56,042 bases of DNA, taken from NCBI GenBank assembly GCA_046351555.1, contig JAXLYI010000029.1, positions 109,727 through 165,768 on the forward strand, read 5' to 3'. The translations under genes were made by a program, and so were the position numbers. Shown piece by piece: positions 9,051 through 18,475 of the stretch (position 1 is the first letter of the stretch; each line of letters opens with the position of its first letter). The stretch is from Polyangiales bacterium. GTDB taxonomy: Bacteria; Myxococcota_A; Polyangia; Polyangiales; Ga0077539. The notes beneath the pieces were generated by a model. That model did no database searches, had not been told where the DNA came from, and worked only from the letters and a program-made list of their open reading frames with translations.

Positions 9051-10247
9051 ATGACCCGCGCCACGCTCCTCGCCGCGCTCGCCCTCGCGGCGTGCTCGCC
9101 CAACACCGTCGGCCCCGGCAGCAACGCCACCGTCGACGGCGCCACGCCCGACGGCGCGCTCCCCGACGCCGGAACGCCTGACGGCCTCACGGTCGACGTG
9201 CTCACCAGCGACGGCGCGGTCCCCTCCGACGCGACGGTCACCAACGACCTGCCGAGCACCACCGACGTCCCGACCACCACCGATGTCCCGATGACCACGG
9301 ACGCGCCCGCGGCGTCGCTGCGCGGGATGTGGCGCGCGGTTCGCTACGAGTTCACCAGCGAGGGGCGTTCGTACACGCTCACCGACCGCGACACGCCCAT
9401 CGACCAGGGCACCGGCGTGTCGACGCCCTTCCGCGTCAACGGGCTCCTCTACCTCGACCCCACGCACTTCGCGATCACCTTCGGCACGCTCGCGATGGGC
9501 TACTTCTACACGTACACCCCGATGGTGACCGGCGACCTCGGCTACACCGCCGCGGGCTACGGCGTGCCCGGCGTGCTCGACGACGCGCGCGGGGAGTTCG
9601 CGATCACGGGCTCGCCCACGCCGACGCGCTTCGCCCGCAACGCCGACGGCTCCATCTCCTTCGTCGACCCGACCTCCGGCGCCCGCACCACCTACGCGCG
9701 CACCAGCACCCCGGGCCCCGCCCTCGCCTCCATCAACGCCGCGGGCCTCGCGGTGGTCGCGGAGGGCTTCACCCCCGCCGCCACGCACCCGCGCGTCGCG
9801 CTCCTCTGGGACCTCCGCGGCGACGCGCGCTGGCTCGAGACCAACGGCACCGCGGTGCGCTTCGCCACGCGCTTCGCGACCTTCCCGCTCACGCTCACCG
9901 CCGCGCCGACGGAGGCCGTCACCGCGTGGATGGGCAGCCAGGTGGCCGTCGCGCGCATCGTCGCGTACGAGGACGCCAACAACAACCTCGCCTACGACCG
10001 CGGCGCCGACCCGCTGCTCGGGCTCTCGCCGGTCGCGATCACCTGGCGCGCGGCCGCGGACTTCGCGCCGTCGGGCGCCGGGCACTTCCCGCTCCGCCAC
10101 GTGCCCGACGGCCTGCGCTACGGCCACGCGCACCCCGACTACGCGCTCGGCCGCGAGGACGTCGTCTCCTTCGACCACGCCGTCCCCGTCTCGCCCGGCG
10201 TCCCGATCCAGCGCATGCCGCCGGGCGGCCTCCCCGAGATCCTCTGA
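9051..10247 (+). CDS. hypothetical lipoprotein
   Basis: Signal MTRATLLAALALAACSPN; T/D/P-rich linker followed by a globular region. Confidence 0.55.
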   Translation: MTRATLLAALALAACSPNTVGPGSNATVDGATPDGALPDAGTPDGLTVDVLTSDGAVPSDATVTNDLPSTTDVPTTTDVPMTTDAPAASLRGMWRAVRYEFTSEGRSYTLTDRDTPIDQGTGVSTPFRVNGLLYLDPTHFAITFGTLAMGYFYTYTPMVTGDLGYTAAGYGVPGVLDDARGEFAITGSPTPTRFARNADGSISFVDPTSGARTTYARTSTPGPALASINAAGLAVVAEGFTPAATHPRVALLWDLRGDARWLETNGTAVRFATRFATFPLTLTAAPTEAVTAWMGSQVAVARIVAYEDANNNLAYDRGADPLLGLSPVAITWRAAADFAPSGAGHFPLRHVPDGLRYGHAHPDYALGREDVVSFDHAVPVSPGVPIQRMPPGGLPEIL

Positions 10248-10316
10248 GGCACCGCGCGCGGCGCGTGCTACGGTGCGCGCCCCGCCCCCTCCCCCACCGC
10301 CCCCGCAAGGTCCGTC

Positions 10317-10796
10317 ATGTCCGCCGTGAAGCCCGCCGAGGGCATCAAGCTCATCGCCGAGAACCGCCGCGCCGTCGTCCGCTACCACGTCGACGAGCGC
10401 ATCGAGGTGGGCGTCGCCCTCATGGGCTCGGAGGTGAAGAGCCTCCGCGAGGGCAAGATGGAGATCGGCGACGCCTACGCCGTCGTGCAGAACCACCAGC
10501 TCACGCTGATCAACGCGTACATCCCGCCCTACCGCTACGCGACGCTGATCAAGCACGAGGAGAAGCGCTCGCGCCGCCTGCTCGCGCACCGCGCGGAGAT
10601 CGACCGGCTCGACGGCAAGGTCTCGCAGCGCGGCTACACGCTCATCGCGCTGCGCGCGTACTTCAAGGACGGCAAGGTGAAGATCGAGCTGGGCCTCGCG
10701 CGCGGCAAGGAGACCGCCGACCGGCGCCAGGAGATCAAGAAGCGCGAGCAGGACAAGGAAGCGCGCGCCGAGATGGTGCGCGGCCGCAAGGGGTAG
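10317..10796 (+). CDS. smpB: SsrA-binding protein SmpB
   Basis: Canonical SmpB sequence: IAENRRAVVRYHVDERIEVGVALMGSEVKSLREGK...GYTLIALRAYFKDGKVKIELGLARGK. Confidence 0.95.
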   Translation: MSAVKPAEGIKLIAENRRAVVRYHVDERIEVGVALMGSEVKSLREGKMEIGDAYAVVQNHQLTLINAYIPPYRYATLIKHEEKRSRRLLAHRAEIDRLDGKVSQRGYTLIALRAYFKDGKVKIELGLARGKETADRRQEIKKREQDKEARAEMVRGRKG

Positions 10797-10851
10797 TCAC
10801 CCCTTCCGAGTGTTCTCCGCGGCTCGTATTCGTCGATCGAACCCGTCGTCC

Positions 10852-11094
10852 GCGCCGTCGCCCAGGGTTCGCCCGCCTGCCCTCGCTGAGTGGTTTAGGC
10901 TCCCCCTGGGCTTCGAGCATGGGATCATCCGCCCGGTGGCGGATTCCGGGAGCAGGCGGGAATCGCGGGCGTCGCACGTCGCCCTCGTCGCCTCGTTGGG
11001 AGCCCGGTACCGACCGGGCGATCCCATGCTCGAAGCCCAGGGGGAGCCTAAACCACTCAGCGAGGGCAGGCGGGCGAACCCTGGGCGACGGCGC
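10852..11094. repeat. family-A palindromic hairpin element, copy 1 (perfect ~75-bp inverted arms + ~93-nt structured loop)
   Basis: Left arm 10852-10926 is the exact reverse complement of right arm 11020-11094 (core cgcccagggttcgcccgcctgccctcgctgagtggtttaggctccccctgggcttcgagcatgggatc). Confidence 0.85.
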
Positions 11095-11157
11095 TGGGCG
11101 ACGGCGCGGACAGCGAGAATTGACGACCCCATGGAGCACCTCGAAACGAGGTGTTCG

Positions 11158-11787
11158 TCACCACCCGAAGCGAAGCCCGATGCCCGCGGTGAAGAGCCCA
11201 CCGCGCAGCGGGACGTCGCCCGCGATCACGTTGTACCCGCTCACCTCGGGGACGAGCCACCAGCGCTCGCCGAGCCGCGCCTCCGCGTTGACGAAGGCGC
11301 CGAGCCACGCGCCGCCCGCGCTCCCTCCCGCCTCGGGGAGGTAGAGGCCCGCGCCGAGCGAGGGCCCCGCGGAGAGCGCCCAGGTGCGCGAGAGGCGGTA
11401 CGTCACCGGCACCGTGGCGGCCGCGAAGAGGTGGACCGCGTTGGTCGTGGTCGACGTGAGCGGCGTGCGGGCGAACGACAGCTCCGGCGCGACGGCCACC
11501 GACCACGCGCCGCGGTGGACGAAGCGGACGGTGGCGAGCGCGCTCACGCCCACGGTGTAGAGCCTGACGCCGACGTCGAAGTCGTCGGTGACGCCGCGCT
11601 GGAGCCCGAGCGCGCCGTAGCCCGTGGGCGAGCGCGCCCCCGTCTCGCGGTCGGCGAGCGCGCCGCCGGCGGCCACGAGCGACGCCTGCCAGTGGCCCGC
11701 GGGGACGGGCTCGGCGCTCCGGTACATCGACGTCGACGGGCACCCGAGCGCGAGCGCCGCCAGCACACTAACGGCGCGGGTTCGCAT
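11158..11787 (-). CDS. outer-membrane beta-barrel-like protein (lipoprotein signal)
   Basis: Signal MRTRAVSVLAALALGCPS; alternating hydrophobic pattern; C-terminal GIGLRFGW with a terminal aromatic. Confidence 0.6.
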   Translation of the reverse strand: MRTRAVSVLAALALGCPSTSMYRSAEPVPAGHWQASLVAAGGALADRETGARSPTGYGALGLQRGVTDDFDVGVRLYTVGVSALATVRFVHRGAWSVAVAPELSFARTPLTSTTTNAVHLFAAATVPVTYRLSRTWALSAGPSLGAGLYLPEAGGSAGGAWLGAFVNAEARLGERWWLVPEVSGYNVIAGDVPLRGGLFTAGIGLRFGW

Positions 11788-12769
11788 CGAAGAACCTCAC
11801 GATCTCCTCGCTGGCGTTCACGTCGCGCGACACGCGGCCCACGGTGTCGACGTCGAGGTACTGGTGGCCGCCGGGCCAGGTGTGCCCCCCGCCCTCGACG
11901 CGCAGGTGAACCACCGGCGCCGCGCAACCTTGCCATGTGCGTCGGGTGACGCGCGTCCCATCGGCGGCCGCATCGGCGAGGGCCTCGTCGCGCGCGTCGG
12001 CGCCGCAGCCGTTGCGGGCCCTCCAGCCCGCGAGTGTCTCGTCGACGCCCACCTTGCGGCCCTCTTCGAGGAAGGCGCAGGTGCTCGTCCGCGTCTCGTA
12101 GCCCCAGCACGGGTCGTCGACGCCGTGGATCTGCATCACCGGCACGCGCGCGTCGCAGCGCCCGCCCGCGACGGCGAACTGGTTGGTGCCGCCAACCGCG
12201 GCGAAGGCGGCGACCACGCCGGGGCGCTCGCACGCGAGGCGGTGCGAGACGGCGCCGCCGTTGGAGAGGCCCGTGACGAAGACCCTGCGGCGGTCGACGG
12301 GGACGCTCTTCTCGACGGCGGCGAGGAGGCGGTCGAAGAACGCGACGTCGTCGACGCCCGACTGGCACGCGCCGCGGCTCACGCACTGCCAGCCGTCGCG
12401 GCCGCCGCCCGCGTTCCATGAGCGGACGTTGCGGAGCGGGCGGAGGCCGGTGCCGTCGGGGAAGACGACCACGTAGCCCGCGGCGAGGGCCACGGCGGAG
12501 AGGCACCCGGGCTCGCCGGGCGTCCCCGTCGGGCACGTCACGCTCTCGGCCGAGCGCCGGTTGCCGCCGCCACCATGGAACGCGACGATGACGGGCAGCG
12601 CCGCCGTCCCGTCCCACCGCGCGGGCACGCGCAGCGAGAAGGCGCGGTCGAACTCGCCCTCGACGGGGCACTCGAGCGAGGCCCCAGGCGAGGCGCGGCC
12701 GCAGGGGTCGAGCGTGGTGAGGCAGCCCGTGAGGATCGCCCCCGTCGCGAGGAGGAGAAGCCGGCCCAT
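11768..12769 (-). CDS. esterase / PHB-depolymerase family lipoprotein (alpha/beta hydrolase)
   Basis: Signal MGRLLLLATGAILTGC. Motifs VIVAFHGGGG, nucleophile GLSNGG, IHGVDDP. Confidence 0.75.
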   Translation of the reverse strand: MGRLLLLATGAILTGCLTTLDPCGRASPGASLECPVEGEFDRAFSLRVPARWDGTAALPVIVAFHGGGGNRRSAESVTCPTGTPGEPGCLSAVALAAGYVVVFPDGTGLRPLRNVRSWNAGGGRDGWQCVSRGACQSGVDDVAFFDRLLAAVEKSVPVDRRRVFVTGLSNGGAVSHRLACERPGVVAAFAAVGGTNQFAVAGGRCDARVPVMQIHGVDDPCWGYETRTSTCAFLEEGRKVGVDETLAGWRARNGCGADARDEALADAAADGTRVTRRTWQGCAAPVVHLRVEGGGHTWPGGHQYLDVDTVGRVSRDVNASEEIVRFFDANPRR

Positions 12770-12796
12770 CGCCGACGACGATACCTCAACCGCGCG

Positions 12797-12845
12797 TCAA
12801 AACGTGTGGCTCCAGCGGCTGCCGGCGATCACGTTGCCGACGCCA
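12797..12845. repeat. duplicated copy of the last ~45 nt plus stop codon of phoD, placed on the far side of family-A copy 2
   Basis: tcaaaacgtgtggctccagcggctgccggcgatcacgttgcc here, versus tcagaacgtgtggctccagcggctcccggcgatgacgttgcc at 13117-13165. Confidence 0.75.
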
Positions 12846-13081
12846 CCGCCCAGGGTTCGCCCGCCTGCCCTCGCTGAGTGGTTTAGGCTCACCCTGGGCT
12901 TCGAGCACGGGAGCGCCCGGTCGGTACCGGGCTCACGACGAGGCAACGAGGGCGACGCGCGATGCCAGCAATTCGCGCCGGCTCCCGGAGTCCGCCACCG
13001 GGCGGACGATCCCATGCTCGAAGCCCAGGGTGAGCCTAAACCACTCAGCGAGGGCAGGCGGGCGAACCCTGGGCGGTGGCG
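12841..13081. repeat. family-A palindromic hairpin element, copy 2 (inverted relative to copy 1)
   Basis: Arms and loop are the reverse complement of copy 1. The arm substitutions (cccc->cacc, gtcg->accg) are mirrored in both arms, so the self-complementarity is preserved. Confidence 0.85.
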
Positions 13082-13122
13082 CGGGCGACGGCGTATTCTG
13101 GGCGGCGCATTCAACGCGCGCG

Positions 13123-14746
13123 TCAGAACGTGTGGCTCCAGCGGCTCCCGGCGATGACGTTGCCGGCGCCGTTGACGAACTCCGCGCGCAGCGTGCGGGT
13201 GGCGGGGTCGGCGCGGAGCACGGTGTAGTTGTGCGTGCCGATCACCGAGACGGGCCACTGGCCGTCGCGCAGGGGCGGGCGGCCGTCGCGGTCGGCGCCG
13301 GCGGGGCCCATGATCACCTCCCAGATGTCGGCGAAGGGGCCGGTCGGCTCCACCTTGCAGACGCCGCCGAAGTGGACGTCGCCCGAGAGCCACACCACGC
13401 CGCGGAGGCGGTTGCTGTCGATGTGGCGGAGGATCTCCTGGCGCTGCGAGGCGTAGCCGTTCCAGTTGTCGGCGTCGGCGCCCGCGCGGTCGACGATGGG
13501 CACCGAGTTGACGATGAACTTGAACACGCACGGCGACGCGCGGAGGCCCGCCTTGAGCCAGTCCATCTGCGCGCGGGAGATGTACTGCGAGCGGCGCGCG
13601 ACGTTGGTCGAGCGCGTCGACGGGAGCCGCTCGCTGCGGCAGTCGAGCACGAAGATCTCCGCGGTGCGCCCCCAGCGGAAGCTCCGCCAGATGCGCTCGG
13701 GCGCGGCCGCGTTGCGTCGCGTGGCGCGGTGCTCGAAGAAGGCCTGGCGCGCGGCGGCGAGGCGCGCGGCGCTCAGGGTCTCGGGGTCCCAGTTGTTGAG
13801 CACCTCGTGGTCGTCCCAGGTGAGGTACATCCCCGTCGAGCGGTGGAGCGCGCGGAGGCCCGCCGACGTCCAGTTCTGCTCGTACTTCGCGCGGTACTGG
13901 GCGAGCGTCGCCGCGTTGTCGGCGTAGTCCGTGTAGACGTGGTCGCCGGCGTGGATGAAGAAGTCGAGGTCGTCGCGGCCGCCGGCGTGCTGGAGCGCGG
14001 GGAAGGGCCGGTGCCGCTGGTTGGTGCACGACGTCCCGCCGAACACGAGCGGCACGAGCGCGTCGGGCGCGGGGGCGGTCTGCACGCGGCCGACGAGGCT
14101 CCGCCCGGTGGGGGCGCCCGCGGGGCCGACGAGGAAGGCGTAGAGGTGCTGCTTGTTGGCGCGCAGCCCGTTGACCACCGCGCGCACGTAGCCCGCGGAC
14201 GACGCGTCGACCGCGCCGTCGAAGCGGACCGCGGCGATGCGCGCGCCGTTCATCTCCAGCACGCGGAGGCGGACGGCGCCGGTGCCGGCGTAGCGCGTCC
14301 AGAAGATCACCGACGTGTCGGTCGCGTCGCCCGCCATCACCCCGAGCGGAAACTGCGCCGCACGCTCGGGCAGCGAGCGGAAGTCGGGGTCGGCCACCAT
14401 CCCCGCGTCGCGCGCCACGTCGGGGCGGGCGGCGTCGACCCGCGCCACGTCGGGCGCCGCGTCGAGGCGAACCACGTCAGGCGCAGCGTCGGCGCGCGCG
14501 TCGAGGGAAGCGTCGCGGGCTGCGTCCAGCGCGGCGTCGGGCGCAGCGTCTTCCGCAGGCGCGGCATCCACTGCAGCGTCGTCACCCGCGTCGTCGCCCG
14601 CGTCGGGGTCGATCGGCATCGCGTCGTAGGTGGGGTCGGGCCCGGCGTCCTCGATCGGGTCGGGCGTGTACACCTCCTCGTCGGCGCAGGCCACAGCGCA
14701 CACGGCCCCCGCGAGCTGAACGAACCGTCGTCGGGTGAGCTTCATC
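13123..14746 (-). CDS. phoD: alkaline phosphatase D family (PhoD), Tat-secreted
   Basis: Twin-arginine signal MKLTRRRFVQLAGAVCAVA. Metallophosphatase motifs GDHVYTD, TWDDHEV, SGDVHFGG. Confidence 0.85.
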
Positions 14747-14828
14747 GCCCTCAAGCTCCTAACACACCGGGCGCGCCGTCGATCGCGCGGCCGCCGCGGA
14801 AAGCGCCGTGATAGCCTCCGCGCCACCA

Positions 14829-15098
14829 ATGGCCCGCATCACCTGGGACGACGGCGGCGAGGCGACCCTCGGCCCCGTCCACGACGTCACCGTCACCCTC
14901 GTCGACTCCACCCGCGCCTATCCCCCGGGCGCGCCGGTGCGCGGCACGCTCCACGGCGCGTCCGACGTTGCCTTCACGCTCAAGGTCGCGGGTTCGAAGC
15001 GTGAGGGCGAGGGCTTCACCGTCCGTGGCAAATTGGTGAGCGCCACCACCGCCGTGCGCGACGCCTTCCACGCGCTCAGCGCGCCACCCCCAGCCTGA
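14829..15098 (+). CDS. small hypothetical protein; its 3' end is duplicated after the adjacent repeat
   Basis: ORF MARITWDDGGEATLGPVHDVTVTLVD...GKLVSATTAVRDAFHALSAPPPA, divergent from phoD. The last ~22 codons recur at 15403-15487. Confidence 0.35.
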   Translation: MARITWDDGGEATLGPVHDVTVTLVDSTRAYPPGAPVRGTLHGASDVAFTLKVAGSKREGEGFTVRGKLVSATTAVRDAFHALSAPPPA

Positions 15099-15142
15099 AC
15101 TTCCGCTGGCTGCCTTGCGACCATGCGCCCCGGGCCCGTCGA

Positions 15143-15391
15143 GCCTCCATCCCCGCTCGCTTCGCTCGCGCGTTTCCCCTTCCTCCGCCGCAGGAAGCGG
15201 CAGAGGAAGGGCATCAGGCTCGCCGCGGACGTGCGTGGCTCGGGCGTCCCTCGTCGCGACGTCGCGTTCATGCGTGGGCGTCATCGTCGCGTCGGTGCCG
15301 AGGCGTATTCGGTGCCGCAACCCCCTTCCTCTGCCGCTTCCTGCGGCGGAGGAAGGGGAAACGCGCGAGCGAAGCGAGCGGGGATGGAGGC
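15143..15391. repeat. family-B palindromic hairpin element, copy 1 (~68-bp arms, ~108-nt loop)
   Basis: Arm gcctccatccccgctcgcttcgctcgcgcgtttccccttcctccgccgcaggaagcggcagaggaaggg is mirrored at 15321-15391. Flanked by ~100-115 bp direct repeats (14996-15110 and 15390-15487). Confidence 0.85.
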
Positions 15392-15557
15392 TCGAAGCCC
15401 GCGGCAAATTGGTGAGCGCCACCACCGCCGTGCGCGACGCCTTCCACGCGCTCGGCGCGCCACCCCCAGCCTGAACTTCCGCTGGCCGCCGCCCGCCCAA
15501 CGCATGGCCGCGGCTGGCCACCCGCGCATCGTGCGCCCCGGGTCACCATGGCGGCCC

Positions 15558-17462
15558 ATGAGCCACACCCTCCGCCTCGCCGCCGCACTCGCCTTCGCGG
15601 CCGTCGCGTCGTGCTCCGACGCGTCGCCCCCGGCGCAGTCCGACGGCGTCGAGACCTTCGCCAACCCGCCCGAGCTCGCCCCCGACGCGCAGGGCAACTA
15701 CACCCTCCGCCTCACGCCCGCCGCGGTGGAGGTCGGCGGCCAGCGCTACTGCCTCCGCACCTACAACGGCAGCGTGCCGGGCCCCACCATCCGCGTCCGG
15801 GCGGGGACGAACCGCCGCCTCCACGTCACCCTCCGCAACGAGCTCACCCGCTCGGACTGGCGCGAGATCTCGGGCATGGAGGGCCACGAGGCCCCGAGCT
15901 GCCACGACTTCAACGTCACCAACCTGCACTTCCACGGCGGGCACGTCCGCCCCGATTTCGCGGCCGCCGACCCGGCCGACCCGTGCGTCGGCGACGGCTG
16001 CGGTGACGGGCAGCGCTACCACGGCGACAACGTTCTCATCGCGGTGCAGCCCGCCGGGATGGCCCGCTACCGCTGGGACCTCGACGAGGACGGGACCCAC
16101 CACGAGGGGACCCAGTGGTACCACCCGCACATCCACGGCTCGACGGCGATCCAGGTGATCAACGGGGCCGCCGGGGCGCTCATCGTGGAGGGCGCGCTCG
16201 ACGCCGAGCCCTCCGTCGCGGCGACGCGCGAGCGGGTGATGGTGATCCAGGAGATGCCCCTCGCCCACCAGTACACGCGGCCCCTCGCGGCGGGCGAGGC
16301 GTGCACGGTCAACAACCTCTCGGTCAACAACTTCCTCTCCGTCACCGAGGGGATGCCGATGGCCGTCAACGGCAAGGTGAAGCCGCGGCTCGTCACCGCG
16401 CCGGGCCAGGTCGAGCGCTGGCGCATGGTCTACGCCGGCACGCCCGACGAGATGGGGATGAAGCTCCACCCGTCGAGCGACCCCAACTGCGGGACGTTCG
16501 ACATCACCCGCCGCGTCGAGCTGGTGCAGTACGCCCGCGACGGCATCACCATGCCGCGCTACTACCGCAACGACACGGTGTGGGTGTCGCCGGGCTACCG
16601 CGTCGACTCCTTCGTGCAGATGCCCACGACGCCGCAGACGCTCTGCCTCGTCGGGCGCCGCACGCACGACCTCCTCGGCAGCGTGATCGCGATCGTGGAG
16701 GTGCGCGCGGGCCGCACGCCGACGGCCACGCAGCTCCCGCCGGAGTCCGCGGTGACCGCGCACGCGCCGCCCACCACCTGGACGGGCCGCGTCGACGGCG
16801 CGATGACCACCGTGAGCTGCGAGTCGGTGACGCGCATCCACCAGCGCGTGTCGCTGCTGACCACGCCGGTGCCGTCGGGCTCGTCAGCGATGATGTCGTC
16901 GGGGGCCGCGTGCACACCGCCGGCGGGCCCGCACGACCCGCACGCGGGCGCGCCGGTGTGCCAGTGCCCGGCGCCCAACATCAACTGCCGGAGCTTCGAA
17001 GACCGCCGCTTCCGCAACTACCGGAGCGACCGCGTGGCGACGGTGGGCGACAGCGAGAAGTGGGAGATCGTCGCGGCCGACGGGCACCCCTTCCACATCC
17101 ACATCAACCCCTTCCTCGTGTGCGCCAACGACTCGAACAAGGAGCCCAACTTCCCCCACTGGCGCGACACCTTCTGGGTGCAGGTCGACGACCGCCCGCG
17201 CCAGGTGATGATGAACTTCCGCGCCTTCACCGGCCGCTTCGTCACGCACTGCCACAAGCTCAACCACGAGGACGAGGGGATGATGGAGCTGTTCGAGCTC
17301 TGCGCCCCCGGCGACACCGCGTGCCTCTGCCAGCGCATGGAGGGCGGCGCGTGCGTGAGCCAGGCGGGCTGCCAGGCCGACGACCGCCAGTGCCAGTTCG
17401 CGGCGCTGGCGGCGGCGAGCTTCCCGCGCCCGCCGATCCCGCCGCCGGGGCTCTGCAACTGA
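15558..17462 (+). CDS. multicopper oxidase (lipoprotein)
   Basis: Signal MSHTLRLAAALAFAAVASCSD. Copper-ligand motifs NLHFHGGH, WYHPHIHG, HPFHIHINPF, HCHKLNHEDEGMM. Confidence 0.85.
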   Translation: MSHTLRLAAALAFAAVASCSDASPPAQSDGVETFANPPELAPDAQGNYTLRLTPAAVEVGGQRYCLRTYNGSVPGPTIRVRAGTNRRLHVTLRNELTRSDWREISGMEGHEAPSCHDFNVTNLHFHGGHVRPDFAAADPADPCVGDGCGDGQRYHGDNVLIAVQPAGMARYRWDLDEDGTHHEGTQWYHPHIHGSTAIQVINGAAGALIVEGALDAEPSVAATRERVMVIQEMPLAHQYTRPLAAGEACTVNNLSVNNFLSVTEGMPMAVNGKVKPRLVTAPGQVERWRMVYAGTPDEMGMKLHPSSDPNCGTFDITRRVELVQYARDGITMPRYYRNDTVWVSPGYRVDSFVQMPTTPQTLCLVGRRTHDLLGSVIAIVEVRAGRTPTATQLPPESAVTAHAPPTTWTGRVDGAMTTVSCESVTRIHQRVSLLTTPVPSGSSAMMSSGAACTPPAGPHDPHAGAPVCQCPAPNINCRSFEDRRFRNYRSDRVATVGDSEKWEIVAADGHPFHIHINPFLVCANDSNKEPNFPHWRDTFWVQVDDRPRQVMMNFRAFTGRFVTHCHKLNHEDEGMMELFELCAPGDTACLCQRMEGGACVSQAGCQADDRQCQFAALAAASFPRPPIPPPGLCN

Positions 17463-17612
17463 CGACGACGCGGTGGGGCGCGCGGGGGAGTGGAGCCCGC
17501 GCCCCTCTTCCCTCCGCCCGAAGTGCGCAGCTACGATATGCGCCGTGGCGCGGGCTTGCGATGCAGGCGCCGCTCCTGACGAGAACCTTCCCTTCGCTTC
17601 GGAGACGACGTT

Positions 17613-18144
17613 GACGCGCACGACGCCTGCCTTCTCGCTGGCCGCATCTCTCCTCCTGGCGGCCTGCGCCAGCACCGACGCCGGCGTGGACGGCGCCACG
17701 TCCCCTGACGCGGTCGCCGACACGGTCGCCGACACGCAGACGCCCGACGCGGACGTCGTGACGCCGCCCGATGCCGCGCCCGACGCAGCGCCCGACGCAG
17801 CGCCCGACGTGAGCGTGACGCCCGACGCGACCGCGACGCCCGAGACCGGCGTGGACGCGCCCGACGACGCGCAAACGCCCGCGTGGCTCGCCGGGCCCGT
17901 CGCGTGCGGGGGCGCCACCTGCGCGGCGGGTCAGGTCTGCCTGTACTTCACCAACGTCGACCCGGCGCAGGGGCCGCAATGCTCCGGCGCGCTCTCGCCC
18001 TCGGCCGTGAGCGACTGTCCCGCCAGCGCCGCGTGCCGCGACGCCCTGGCGCGGGCGTGCGGGACGATGACGCTCAACGTCGACGTCCGCACGCGCCACG
18101 TGACGTGCTGCTTCGGCACGCCGAGCGCCTGCCCGACGCTGTAG
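17613..18144 (+). CDS. hypothetical lipoprotein with PDAA repeats and a Cys-rich C-terminus
   Basis: TTG/ATG-proximal signal LTRTTPAFSLAASLLLAACAS. Low-complexity DAAPDAAPDAAPD tract. Start codon uncertain. Confidence 0.45.
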
Positions 18145-18169
18145 TCTCCTCGGCGCGAGAGGAGGCCGC

Positions 18170-18457
18170 TTGTTCTACCGCTACACGCAGATCAACGTCG
18201 GGGGCTACCACGAGGGGCCGCAGGTCGTCATCGTCGAGGCGGAGGGCCTCGCGGAGGCCGAGGCCGCCGCGCAGGGCGCGGGCGTCTACTTCGACGGCGT
18301 CGCTACCGGGCGCGACTGCGAGTGCTGCGGCGACCGCTGGACGCGCTACCCCGACGAGTTCGCCACGCGCGAGGAGGCCGTCGCGTCGGTCGAGGCGAAC
18401 CGCCAGCCCGAGGAGAGCAGCCCGGTGTGCCAGGTGGTCGACCGCGCGTCGGGGTGA
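18170..18457 (+). CDS. small hypothetical protein (95 aa), TTG start with GGAGG RBS
   Basis: gagaggagg sits 6 nt upstream of TTG. Coding-like composition. CECCGDRW motif. Confidence 0.4.
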   Translation: MFYRYTQINVGGYHEGPQVVIVEAEGLAEAEAAAQGAGVYFDGVATGRDCECCGDRWTRYPDEFATREEAVASVEANRQPEESSPVCQVVDRASG

Positions 18458-18475
18458 GCGCGGTCGACGCGCGAC

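Noticed and set aside
8058-10589. 843-aa minus-strand ORF and 7689..10247 plus-strand ORF spanning the lipoprotein genes
   Set aside because: Antisense or out-of-frame readthrough. Only the segments with signal peptides (7678.., 9051..) look like real coding sequence.
10797-11160. Possible tmRNA (ssrA) downstream of smpB
   Set aside because: No tRNA-like 5' GGGG...3' T-arm/acceptor pairing or tag-peptide reading frame found. The region is instead occupied by the family-A palindromic element.
12797-13165. DGR-like VR/TR interpretation of the duplicated gene 3' ends
   Set aside because: No reverse transcriptase nearby, the substitutions are not adenine-specific, and the intervening sequence is a perfect palindrome rather than a template repeat.
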